DNA of 44,615 bases, from positions 1 through 44,615 of the forward strand of contig JASJQH010000029.1 of NCBI GenBank assembly GCA_040143965.1, written 5' to 3'. A model generated the notes under the pieces. That model saw nothing but the letters and a program-made list of their open reading frames with translations. It did not search any database and had not been told where the DNA came from. The position numbers and the translations under genes are program-made. Numbering within the stretch: position 1 is the first letter of the stretch; every line of letters begins with the position of its first letter. The DNA comes from Basidiobolus ranarum. Its lineage: Eukaryota. This document shows, one piece after another, positions 23,333 to 35,245 of the stretch.

Positions 23333-23738
23333 CTGTCAGCCATCAACAGATGTTTTCACCCTCGCGAGGCTCCATCTATTTGTATACTACCTTCTGGACT
23401 TACATTACATATGGGTCTTCCTATATATACCTCATTAATTGAACGTTTGTAATTTGTTTTCGGGATTTTTGGATACAGATCCACTTTCTGCTCATCTCTC
23501 CCTCACCTTACCCATCATCCAATGTGCAATACAAAATCTTCGAGAAGAGAATAATGATAATATAAAAAGGGCCGAAAAAAAATTAGATCAATTAAAGTCA
23601 TTTTACCATGGTTTTTGTAGCGATCACGTGTCTGTGTTATCATCACTATAAAACTTGGTTTTTTTCCAATAGAGTGTCAAGGGAAAATCATACGGTGATT
23701 GTAAATATTACATACACACACTCGTATCAGAAGATATT

Positions 23739-24305
23739 ATGGCTACATTCAAGTTCTGTTCAGAATGGTATGACTTGTTTTATTTGAGCTAGAAACCATT
23801 CCTCTGAAATAAGTTGGGAGTAAAGGCTAATGTTTGCTTGCATTTTATTATTATATTGTTAAAGCAACAACATGTTGTATCCCAAAGAGGATCGTGAGAA
23901 TAGGATCCTTTTGTTTGCTTGTCGTAATTGTGACCATCAAGAAGAATCTGACAACAACTGCGTCTACCGTCATCAGATTGTCCATGTCCCTTCGTAAGTT
24001 TGTCTTCCAAAGTACGATTGTCTTATGGGTTTTTGTTGATTCAACTTATGCTTTTAGCGAACAAACAATGATCATGACCGATCTTGGCTTCGATCCTACT
24101 TTGGTAACTATTCGTACTTCAAAGTTTTCGCGTATGTTCTAGTACTAACTACGTATCTCAGCCACGTACAAATATTGCTTGCCCTTCTTGTGGCCATACC
24201 GAAGCAGTATTCTTTCAGTCGCGTTCTCGTCGTCCAGAAACCAAAATGACGTTATTCTATGTGTGTTGTAATGGTGATTGTAATCATCGTTGGGTATCTG
24301 CATAG
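23739..24305 (+). CDS. RPB9: RNA polymerase II subunit Rpb9
   Basis: Four exons give [36 protein letters not shown]...[48 protein letters not shown], with two zinc ribbons. Confidence 0.93.
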
Positions 24306-24714
24306 TTGGGTTCTTCAACAGACACCGTTAGAAATCGCTTATACAAATTTGCACCCTTCCCGGCTCTTGTCAATTTTAGTTTTCTATGATGAACATGTAA
24401 TGATAGTGGTTATCAGTGCTAATCGAATATAGTACCTTGTTCATGATAAATGTTTATAAAATTTAGTTTCTCTTAAATTCACAGAATCTGATATTGGATA
24501 TCTATCTATTTCTTATTTAATCTAACAATGAGAGTGCAACAGGAGAGAACTTCAAGATAAACTCGAAATTTGCTGGAGAGTATGGTGTGCAGCGAATGAT
24601 TGAATACGCTCGGGTTAGCTATGAGCGTAATTCTTGATGATGATGTTACTTAGTTGTAGTGATTTTTTGTAGGATTTTTATTAGCGTCGTTATTTGATAA
24701 TATACGCTTGATGA

Positions 24715-25269
24715 TCAAAGATGCATGTCTTCAATAATCACTCTACGAGCCTTCAACACTTCTGACTCGGGTTTAGGGAACTTGATAGTAAGCAAGCCGT
24801 TCTGTGTTGTAGCACGTACATTCTCCATATCAATCTTTCCTGGGAAAATGATGGTTCTCTCAAATTGGCCAGCAGATCTTTCTTGAGCCCAAACAGTGGT
24901 GCGATTGATGTCAAATGGATTGCTAGACCAATTTGCCTTGAAACTGGGATCGTGTTTGACCGCTTCACCACCACGAAGAATCACAATATTTTCTCCAATG
25001 ATTTGGAGGTCGATCTTATCTTTAGGGATTCCAGCAAGCTCTGCCTCAATAGTGTAAGCGTAATTCGATTCCAGCATGTTAATACGTGGCTTAGAGCCCA
25101 GTGGAATTGGTTTAGATCCAGCAAATCTAGACCACCATTGATTGACCCCAAGGCGCCTGTTGCTTTGGAAGGAGCGAGACATGACGCGCATCAAATGCCA
25201 CGAATAACGAGAATAGAGGGCTGAACCAACCCAGAACATAGGCGAGGTTAAAATACGTTGCAAGAACAT
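24715..25269 (-). CDS. Small heat-shock protein (Hsp20/alpha-crystallin) with an Arg/Ser-rich N-terminal extension
   Basis: Alpha-crystallin motifs PRINMLES..YTIEAELAGIPKDKI, WAQERSAGQFERTIIFP and ATTQNGLLTIKFPK, plus C-terminal VII; intronless. Confidence 0.9.
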   Translation of the reverse strand: MFLQRILTSPMFWVGSALYSRYSWHLMRVMSRSFQSNRRLGVNQWWSRFAGSKPIPLGSKPRINMLESNYAYTIEAELAGIPKDKIDLQIIGENIVILRGGEAVKHDPSFKANWSSNPFDINRTTVWAQERSAGQFERTIIFPGKIDMENVRATTQNGLLTIKFPKPESEVLKARRVIIEDMHL

Positions 25270-25337
25270 GTCAGATAGTTAAACTTTTAATGATTTAATT
25301 ACCTTACGTTGCTTAGTATATATACCTTGGATTTGGC

Positions 25338-25599
25338 TGCGGATTCCGCAAGAATTAACCCTAACCCTCAGTTATAACACATATGGTTTAGTAGACGAGT
25401 ATATGTACCGCTACAATAACAATAATACTTCTCCGAAGATTTTAGTGGGGAACTGGAAAGCATCAAACTATAGCCTGATCGAGTCAATCCAGATTCTAGC
25501 CTTCGAAATGCTTAGTGTACACATGGCTTATTCTTCAATATCTCAATCACCATTATGGAAATAGCTGGACTATCCTTGATTACTTCTGCGGAATCCGCA
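25338..25599. promoter_or_regulatory. Two copies of the 13-bp palindrome TGCGGAWTCCGCA in the divergent sHSP promoter
   Basis: TGCGGATTCCGCA at 25338-25350 and TGCGGAATCCGCA at 25587-25599, both flanked by 5' C and 3' A. A regulatory role is inferred. Confidence 0.6.
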
Positions 25600-25759
25600 A
25601 TATGATTTTCGTGGAGCAGGGCATGGTTTTGACCTCCCATAGCATGAAACCTGCGGATGGATATTAGCCATCACTTGAGCTAAACTCCAGCATTTAAAAC
25701 CACCTCGAAAGAAACGGTGTGGTATAATCATTTACATCAATCGACTTTACAATCAAGCC

Positions 25760-26320
25760 ATGTGTTTCTCTCGTCGATTTGCAGCTGTCATGGAGCAAAA
25801 TTCTGCTCACGCTAATACTCGCTTTATGGAGAAGATGCTTAAGATGGATCAAAAAATGGCCCATAGGATGGCTTATGCTGAGTCCAAATTCGCTCGTAAA
25901 CTTCAAAAGATGGAGACTAACAACTGCTGGGGCTATAAAGGTTGGAGGCATCAACATCTCAACCGTGGTCCTCAACCAAAAGTAAACCTAGCTGAATCCA
26001 ATCAGAGCTACAGCTTGGAGGTGGAATTGGCTGGCTTCAATAAAGAAAATATCGGTCTGGAACTGGTTAATGATAAAGTGGCTATCCTTCGTGGTGAAGT
26101 AGGTGCGGTAAATTCGGAAATTAAAAAGGAAGCTTTCGAGCAATTTAACACTACCTGGGCTCAAGAACGTTTGATCGGAGATTTTGAGCGAACCTTTGTA
26201 TTCCCCGATCGGTTCAACCTTGACGGAGTCAAAGCTACCATGAAGGATGGCTTGCTGAAGGTGGAATTTCCCAAGCACACTGAAGACGTACTCAAAGTTA
26301 AAGCCATAAAAATAGAATAA
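25760..26320 (+). CDS. Small heat-shock protein (Hsp20/alpha-crystallin), divergent paralog
   Basis: PKVNLAES..YSLEVELAGFNKENI, WAQERLIGDFERTFVFP, ATMKDGLLKVEFPK and C-terminal IKIE (IxI motif); intronless. Confidence 0.9.
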   Translation: MCFSRRFAAVMEQNSAHANTRFMEKMLKMDQKMAHRMAYAESKFARKLQKMETNNCWGYKGWRHQHLNRGPQPKVNLAESNQSYSLEVELAGFNKENIGLELVNDKVAILRGEVGAVNSEIKKEAFEQFNTTWAQERLIGDFERTFVFPDRFNLDGVKATMKDGLLKVEFPKHTEDVLKVKAIKIE

Positions 26321-27722
26321 TGCATGCATTACTGTTGTGTTGATCCAGTTGAATGCAACGATTGGATAAATGAAATAAATAACAATCTTTTTATCAATCT
26401 GATATAACTTAAGCAAATCCTTATACTTTGTTGTTTACTTAACAAACGTTAATTACGCTCGCCATCATGATAATGATAAGTTTCACCTCATTTGTACCTC
26501 GAAGCACGAAACAAAGACACAATCGGGGAAACATAATGTACCAAACAAAGACGTCAAGAACATGATGAATTGTTCGTTACACACCAAGATGGATTTGACT
26601 CCACGCAACAGGATGATGGAAATAATAATTTTCCGTTTATCACCAGGTTTAGATATAGCAGGGTGAAAAATTCTACCATGCATGTGAGAAAAGTGATTTC
26701 CATGTGAGCTTGAGTTGGGAATGTGAACTAGCTTGCTGGAGTGCGAGACTTACACCGTGAAATCAATACACCAATTGAAAAGTATTAGCTTTAATCAAGA
26801 TTTATCCTAATAAAGTCCTGCTGGTATACGTGTGATTATATTTTCTGCTGGCAATTGCTTAATTCGAGAGACCGTTACACTAGATTGAGTGTCCATTGGC
26901 TCTAATTCACAATCACCTCTCCTATCATGTATTTCCCAGGTGTTGTCATTTAGACTAGAACTGTAAGAGGTCCAAAACGGTTGAATAAAATAGCATGTGA
27001 ACTTGGATAAATTCCTTTTTTTCCATAAGCAGGCTGTATGACAACTAGTGTTACCATTGGAAAATCCGTAAAGATCCTCAGCATGTTTCTGCTCTCCGAT
27101 TTGATAGTCATTGCCTTGCCAAGTGAAGACTCCACGCTAGGTCGCTAAAGACCCTTTGTTCGAGAGTGAAAACTCTAAAGGCTATATGCTTCTCGGCTTT
27201 TAATACACTTTGACGAAGTGATGTCCTCTCACTCTCTGACGACTTTTAGTCAATATATCTTAAGCTTACCCCTAAGATCAAGTAGATCCAAGGAAGATGA
27301 TGCAGTCATTACCAGGTTCATATTTCAATAGTCACTCGTATTATAGCAGCCCCAGCCAGATGGTGAGTATTTCCCTCGCAATACCCTGGCTTCCGAGAAC
27401 CTTAAAAAGGCCGATGCACCACATGAGTCTGTGACATCGACTGGCCATTTTACACTTATCAACTCTCGCTCTTCTCTTGTCTTTTGATAATTTCTCTTGG
27501 ATACTGCCAAAACTAGTTTAACTATTCCAAGAATTGGGTCCTCACGTTCGCACTCTTACTTATATTCTGTGCACCTTTTTGGATTGTATACTTGCTCGAT
27601 TTCTACCAAGCATTTGGAATGTTTCCTCACAGAGATTTAAGACACGGTACGCTTTTCTTTTTTTCCAGTCCCGAATCTCAATTGCTAATGATGATTTTCT
27701 CCATTACTTCATCATTATCTCC

Positions 27723-28961
27723 ATGAACAAAGGTGACAATTCGATTCCTGTAGTACTCCCTTCTATAGAGCAGTTGGAATACGACACTTTTATTAGACCC
27801 TTGCACAAAATATCCCTTCCTTCTGTACAATATGCTCCCAATTACGTAAATAGAAAAGTTAAGGAACTTCCATCTTTATCTGACTATTTACTGAACAATC
27901 ATGAGTCCTTCGAACCATATTCCATTGCTCCCAATACCCTAAAGTATAATCTACCCGGATTGATGAGTTTACATGAACATTTCGGTAGTTCCGACTCGGA
28001 TGAAGAGACTTTCCGATCGACACCAAACTCCAATGATAAATTGAGATTACCTCCTATCTCAATGGATTCCTCGACGTCTAATACCATTTCGAACTATGAG
28101 CGATCTTTTCGGGATTCTTCAGCAAACTCTTCCAACCCCTTTACAACTGAGCCAAATGTCAAATGTAGAGGAATTTCTGGCTCAAATCCAATAGAGATCT
28201 TTTCGGATCGTATGTATAACAAAAGAAACATCCTTGAGGGTCAAGATGAACCACAAGTAGTAGAGAGATTGGCACAATCATTAGCTGATCAAAAACTTGG
28301 TCTTAATCCGGAAGGTCTACATCAGTTGAATGTGTCATTTAGAGCTGAGGCTCGTATACCCCACAGTACCAAGACAAATGATCTAAATGGAACTAATCAT
28401 AGTGATGATAGACTTGGACGAAAGCGTTCCTGGGATCAAGAATCTGTACCACTAGAAGCTGAGAGCACCGTAGACCAGTGTTCTAGAGAGCGACGCCATT
28501 CAATCGCTGTTATGTCCTCACCTCCTTCACCAACCTCCAATACACAACTTCACAAGAAAGCTCATATTATATCTTCTCCTGATTTAGAAGAACAAAGAAA
28601 TGTCACATCATCACCACCAGCTTCATATATTCAACCATTGACACTAGTTAGCCCCACATCGACCTTTTTTCCGGGTATCAATTCTCATATTCAAATACCG
28701 CAACCCTCTTCTACAGAAGTCTACCCAACTAATCCTACATTGTATTCAACTGGGACAAAAAACCATGCGTGTACTGTGAACGGATGCAATATGAGATTCA
28801 AACGCTTAGAACACCTAAAGCGACATCTACGGGTTCACACAATGGAAAGGCCCTATTCTTGTACATACGCAGGTTGCCGTAAGAGCTTTTCAAGACGAGA
28901 TAACTTGGGACAGCACTTAAGAACACATCAACGACAAGAAGCGAAAGTACACGCTAGATAG
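27723..28961 (+). CDS. C2H2 zinc-finger transcription factor (two C-terminal fingers, Msn2/4- or SteA-finger-like)
   Basis: First ATG in the ORF is at 27723. Low-complexity body followed by [55 protein letters not shown]. Confidence 0.85.
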   Translation: MNKGDNSIPVVLPSIEQLEYDTFIRPLHKISLPSVQYAPNYVNRKVKELPSLSDYLLNNHESFEPYSIAPNTLKYNLPGLMSLHEHFGSSDSDEETFRSTPNSNDKLRLPPISMDSSTSNTISNYERSFRDSSANSSNPFTTEPNVKCRGISGSNPIEIFSDRMYNKRNILEGQDEPQVVERLAQSLADQKLGLNPEGLHQLNVSFRAEARIPHSTKTNDLNGTNHSDDRLGRKRSWDQESVPLEAESTVDQCSRERRHSIAVMSSPPSPTSNTQLHKKAHIISSPDLEEQRNVTSSPPASYIQPLTLVSPTSTFFPGINSHIQIPQPSSTEVYPTNPTLYSTGTKNHACTVNGCNMRFKRLEHLKRHLRVHTMERPYSCTYAGCRKSFSRRDNLGQHLRTHQRQEAKVHAR

Positions 28962-29918
28962 AAATCCATGTAATCATCAACCAGTGAATGGAAAGAATTT
29001 TTTGCCAGTTATGCAACCATTTACTATGTATAATACCCATGTGAAATAAAAAAACCACCACAATTTTGTAACACTATCGGAATCTCGACTTTACTTGATT
29101 GGATTTCAGAGGATCAACGTTCATTTTTATATTGTTCATTTACCACCAAATTCATTGGACTTCATGTTGGGTGGTTTCGAATCACTCATTGAACCTTATT
29201 TATCTAGAAAGACATCTCGCTGTTATCTGAATAGTCAAGAAGCTAGGTTCGATCAAATCATCATCTCTATAGTATACATAATAGGTAGGTTCGGATGAGC
29301 CATAACTTCCAAGTACACTCCATGCTGATTGGTCACAATGACGTCATATTCCTTTGTCTAAACGGACGACTAGAATCAGGGGAAGCGATTCAGGCTAAAT
29401 CATCTTAACGTATCACATACACACAATCCATGGATAAATGTGGATCAGGTATTTCTTAGTTTGGCATCCATTTTAGTTTAAATATTTGATTTAAGTTCTA
29501 GTTTAAATGCAAGTTTTAATTTGGCTGTAAACGATAATAAAATATTCAAATAGATTTTTGTAAATAACGTAATTGGATAAAAGTCCACGAATATTTCAGT
29601 GATGGGATGGTTGATGGTGTGAAAGGGTTTTAACTTCTGGAGATGTGATCACAAAATTCCCTTAATGGTTAGCTATTCTTGATCAACTTTAGTTGTAAAA
29701 GTAGTGTTACTTCGACTCTACTATTGTGGGATATGATAATGGTTTAGTTATGCATCCACCAAGAGCTAGATAAGTATCTAATAATAGAAGCGTGCAGTCG
29801 TGTATATATATAAAGTATCGAGAGTTCTAGCTTTTAAAAGTGAAATGTCGGTTTGCTATCAGCTTTTCAAAGATGGAGTTAGATTGAAAGCAAGCTTTGT
29901 GTACGCCATGTTGATACA

Positions 29919-31651
29919 TTAGCCGAGACAGAAGCAACAACCAGTTCTCGATGATTTATCAGATGGAATCAGTCCAAACATTGAGCCCACATTGTCATAG
30001 CGATCCTCAAATTCATTGAATTGATAAGAATCTTCAGAGGCGGCATTTTCACCGATGTTTTGTACGCGAATTTTTTGTCGACAAGCGGGTTGCCGTTCTT
30101 TTGGGGTAAGTCGAACATATTCACTTTTGCGCAGATGGTACCATGGAGAATACCTTGGACTGGGATTGTGATGGTATTCAACCACCTCACGACTAGCTTT
30201 TCTCAACTCATTGCCAGTGCTTTTACCGAGGAGGTGAAGGCCTTCAGTAGAAACCCGTTTGAAGATTGATTCATCCTCACAATCTTGCTCTACAAATATT
30301 GTGGGACTTGGGTACTCTGGGTCGGTGGCAATGGAAGACCACGATGTGTGTGAATCGCTTCTACTAGGGGTTGAGCAATTGGAATAGCTTACATCACTAT
30401 TCGGACTATTCTTCCCTTTCAACGGAGAGAATGTCGATTTAGAGGAGTTATTTGTGAGGAATTTTTTACTTTCTATCCGTGACTTTGGGTTAATGGGTGT
30501 ACTTGCTTTAACTGAGTCTTCCCAAGTGTGTATATTAATATTGGTTTCTAAGTGTGTGGAGTTACTGCTTTCAATGATATCGACGGTTAAATAGTCGATA
30601 GGGTCAATGCTTATACACACACTCTCCGTTGTATGATCTTCACCGTTCGAATTGTGCTGAGGTACGTGATTTGATGTTTCTTCCGATTCATTTTCTAAAA
30701 AACTTGACACCGACTTCACCATTGAAATCAATTTTTTGAGAGAGCATCGACGCTTAGGGTTTACTTCTAGAGTTTGATACAGGATATTGGCTCCTTCTTG
30801 TGTCAATGGGAACATCTCCAAGAGAACAGTTTGATCTCTGAAATAAGCAGCAAAGGTAGAATCCGATAATGTTGCTTGTTTCCAAGGATTTCTACCAAAG
30901 CATAAATTGATAAGAATAATTCCAAGAGCCCAAACATCACTAGCAGCTGGAGAGTAATTGGAATATGCGGAAGAGTTGAATTTCTTTACATTCAACGCTT
31001 GAGATTCTAGTAATGATAATTATTAGTTAATATATTAATATAGTAAAATGGATTCAATGTAGCATGGAATGAGAATTTACCTGGACTCATATAAAAACTA
31101 CTTCCACATCCAAATTCATTAGATATTTGATCAGTGGTAGCTAAACCAAAATCTGCCAACTTTAAGAGTCCATTACCGGATAGAAGAATATTTTCGGGTT
31201 TGATGTCTCGATGATATACTTCTTTAGAGTGACAATATTCAACGGCGCGAAGCACGTGTAAGAATGCCTGTTTAATTAGAGCGCTTCTTTTTAAACTAGA
31301 GCCTCCAAAGCCGGGGCCTTTACAAGTGGTAATAGCTTCGTAAAGATCCCCTCCTTCACAATACTCCATTCCAATATAAACGTACTCTTTCGTTTCAAAA
31401 ACGAATTCTAGGCTAACGATGTTAGGGTGACGACCTAAAGAAGTGTGTATAGCAATTTCTTGCTTCTGAATATTAGCTTGTCGAGAGCCACTAGCATGTT
31501 TAGGCAAGCATTTAACGGCATAGAGTGTATGAGGAGGAGTGCAACGTCGGCCGAGGTATATAGAGCCGTAGGTACCATGACCGATAATGTCGATGAGTTG
31601 ATATTTGACAGTGCCATCCTGAATGACTTTTCCAACTTGGTTAGAAGGCAT
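29919..31651 (-). CDS. Ran1/Pat1-Sks1-like Ser/Thr protein kinase
   Basis: Exons 31651-31081 and 31006-29919. Motifs IGHGTYG, YAVKCL, YHRDIKPENILL, LADFGLATT, GCGSSFYMSPE and DVWALGIILINLCFGRNPWKQA (Ran1-family signature). Confidence 0.9.
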
Positions 31652-33041
31652 TTGTGATAATCTCTATGTTTTTTCAGATATGATAAAAGTATGGACGAAT
31701 GTAACTTTCTGAAAAACTAAAGAAGTACTTCGTAAAATATGTGAGGTCTAAGTTCCTTCAAGGATAAATACAATAACACTGGAACCAGTTCCAAAGCAAG
31801 CAGGTCAAAAGAGAGAGTTGAGGGTTTTGTAGCTACGGAAAGTTTGAGGAATAAGGAAATAAAAGGAAAATTTATGAATTGAATAAATAAGTTGACTGGA
31901 GTTCTGTTCTATTATTTCACAGAAAGTAGGCTACAAACTCTGAACAGTAGTTAAAGCTAGACAGCAAGTGTTTGGGATAAAAGAATGTAATATATAACAC
32001 AAGTGTGAAAAATTAGAAACAGGGAAAATTTAAGTAAGAAAGAGCACGAGGTTATAACTGCGAGATCAAAGATGCGCAGGTGGACAAGCGGGGAATTTAG
32101 GGAAAGTAGGCGGTAATTGGGATTCAAAAGGTGTGTTCAGGGGAAAAGAATTGGAGCGTTTGAGGCAAGTTTGTATTCTATTTTCCGGGACAAACTCGAT
32201 TAATTTTATTTACCTAATTCATGTTTGTAGATCTAAAAAGAACACACATCATGAGATTGGATCTGGTGAATATATACGCGGAGTTTCCTTTGTCGCTTGA
32301 AACAAGGATTTTGCCGACTTGGCACATTTGTCAGTCAAACGGTATAGATGTGAAATAGACTGCTTTATTCCCTTTCTAGCTATGTAGCTGAGCGAGGAAT
32401 GCACCCCGCTACGACTATCACTACTGTTGCCTCTAGGATAGCGTTGTACCACCAAGAAATAACTCTGTCTATGGTAGGGTTAGGGTTGTTGAACCCGCGT
32501 TATCGCACGTCACTCACATCAATTTATCCCTGCTGTGTGAACATAATATAAATATACATGTACATAATTTCCGATGCATGGAGCGTAGGGTGGGATTAGT
32601 TTTACCACAACACACATATATTAAATCTCTGGTCGCTTCACCAATATAGTTGGCTAACAATCAATGTCGTATCCTTAACTGCATGGGGATGGAGATTGAA
32701 TGTTTCAAGTCAATGTGCGATATACTTGGATCAAGTGCGGTAAATACAGAGTACAGATAATCCATCCATCAGTGAATGCTGTGTTTCCATGATCGTTGCT
32801 ATGTTTCGTGAAGATAAATGTGTATTTTATTCCTACTTACAGAGCTCCTGAAATTAATCAATAATTCCTGAATGTTTCACAGCCGTGGATTTTCTTAGAA
32901 ATCTGTCAACCTGTTGTGTTCTTTGTATATTATTGGCCAAACTACGCTAAATAAAAATAGTGTTCTAAGTGCCACTATATAGGAGTATACCACCTCGCGG
33001 TAACTAGCCCACTTTGACAAAAAGTTTTGTGCAGGGAAAAT

Positions 33042-34955
33042 ATGGAGCCACAAACCTCCATTGACCGTGGTTTCCCTTCTAATTTAGCTGCTTCAGAGGA
33101 ACGTTCTGATGAAGAGACCTATTTTTTAAAGCCCAAAGCGTCAATCGAGGAAATTCCCTTATGTTTGACCAATGAGGATAATAGCAATTTAGTGCCGTTA
33201 AGGGTGGAGACGCAAATTAGTTATTGGAAAAAAGCTTTCATTTTATTTGCAATATGCTTTGCTTCTGCTACAACTCATTTCGTTGCTCATATGCTGGGCC
33301 CACTCAAAGATATGCTAAAAACAGTATGTGTCTGCTTATTCTATTTGCAACTGGTGTTTCCGTTGTTTATAGCATAACCGAATTTTTGTTTTGTTTTCAG
33401 AATCTCGAAATTAATAACACTCAATTCGGATTACTGCAATCGTCCCTATCTTTGATTCCTACCTTCTTTCCCTTTATTGGAGGTGTGTTCTTGGATGCTT
33501 TTGGAGCGGAGTATAGTGCCATTTTCGCTTCAACTTTTGTCGTGAGTGGTCAGGCTATTCTTGCCATAGGTGCCGTCGCGTTGAACTTTGAGTTGATGGT
33601 GCTAGGACTATTTGCTGTTGGGTAAGAGATTAAAGGCAAATTCGTCAAGAGTTTTCGATTACTTACGCTGTTAAATTCCATAATATATTCAAGTGCTGGA
33701 AACGGCTGGATGGTCATGATAAGTGAAGCCATAGTTGTCAAGTTTTTTCGTGGACGCAGTCTATCTTTGATGATCGGAATTCTAATTGCTATTGGAAAAA
33801 TGGTATGCGCATATAATCTTGTCTATGACATAGCTTAGCTGATATTAATTCAACCATGAAGTCAAGCTTCCTGGCTGCTGGATTGACATTACCTATTGCC
33901 AACGCATTCCAATATTTCGGAGGTGTTTTCTGGTTTTCTACGGGACTCTGCTTTTTGTCTTGGATAATGACGCTGTTTTACGTGATCTTTGTTCGTTCTC
34001 TCGCTATCAAACGCCCTACTCCTAATCTTCCCAAACACAAGCATGTAAACTTTAGAAAGATCCTTCATTTCTCGGATACTGTCTGGATGTATCTCTTTCT
34101 TGGAATGGTCTTTGATGCTGTGTGGGCTCCATTCTTACACTTATCAAGGTATACTCTCCTATGTCGTTTATCCACGTCACAGACACTAACATAACCTATT
34201 AGCAATATGATTAAGGTTCAGTTCAACACCAACGACATCGTAGCAGCATGGCACTCTTCCATATCCTTCTTATTGCCGATGTTTCTAAACCCTTTCCTGG
34301 GGATTTTCTTGGATAGATTTGGGAAACGATGCTCCATTCGTATGTAGTTTCAACACAATTTGTAGCTTGCATACACGGATGAATAACCTATATATTACTG
34401 TTAACTCTAGTGATTACCGCCTCAGTGTTTTTGTTGATTTCAGTTTTACTCGTGCACCATCCTGTCAATCAGAATCCCGTCTGGCCACTTCTATTCTTTG
34501 CAGGATCTCTTTCATTTGGGCCTTTACCCTTGGTTACCTCAGTGCCGTTACTGTTTCCCACTGATGAGCATATTGGTACCGCGTTAGGAATTCACCGTTG
34601 TTTAGATAGTATCGGTGCCACTTTGATGGACACAATCACTGGAGTGATTCAGGATAAGGACTCTGTACAAGGATATGACGGGGTTCTTCAACTTCTTACT
34701 ATCCTCTCGTTGGTATGTCTTGCTGGATCCATCGTATTTTGGTGGATGGATAGAGTCTTTGAAGATGGAATCCTAGAAGCAGGAGTTTTAACCCGAAACA
34801 GTAAACTAAAGTCCAAAGCGATTGCCAATTCACTCGCACATAGTAGACCACCGCCCAAGAGAACCAAAGTCTACGCAGGAATCTCATTTGGAGCATTTAT
34901 TCTGTGTTGGATAATCTTCTGGAGTGTTAATTTTGAAATCGCTTTTCAGATTTAA
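33042..34955 (+). CDS. Major facilitator superfamily transporter (MFSD1-like)
   Basis: Multi-exon with many hydrophobic helices, QFGLLQSS, and MFS motif-A-like GGVFLDAFG and GIFLDRFGKR. Confidence 0.8.
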
Positions 34956-35245
34956 CTCGAACTTCATTTTACACTGATTCGGATGGGAATTGAGCTTTTG
35001 TATGTATATATATATTTCTGTAGAAAGAAACCATTTTATCATATGTATTCTTATCATTCATAAATCCATTTAATAAACTTTAATAATACATGCTTTTTGG
35101 TACCGTATATCACGTGTTGAAACCATTAACAAAAGAAATGAATATATCGACGAATGGTAAATTGTGATGATTTACTGTCAATATTATTACTAGTATTGAT
35201 TTAACTTGGTAGGTAGAATACACACGTAGTACGTAGTCACTCAAC

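Noticed and set aside
24387-24491. ATGATGA...CTGA as a C/D snoRNA downstream of RPB9
   Set aside because: AT-rich 3'UTR context, no terminal stem or guide complementarity; such boxes occur by chance.
27534-27722. N-terminal extension of the 475-aa ORF
   Set aside because: It starts at TTG and looks like pyrimidine-rich 5'UTR; the first ATG is at 27723.
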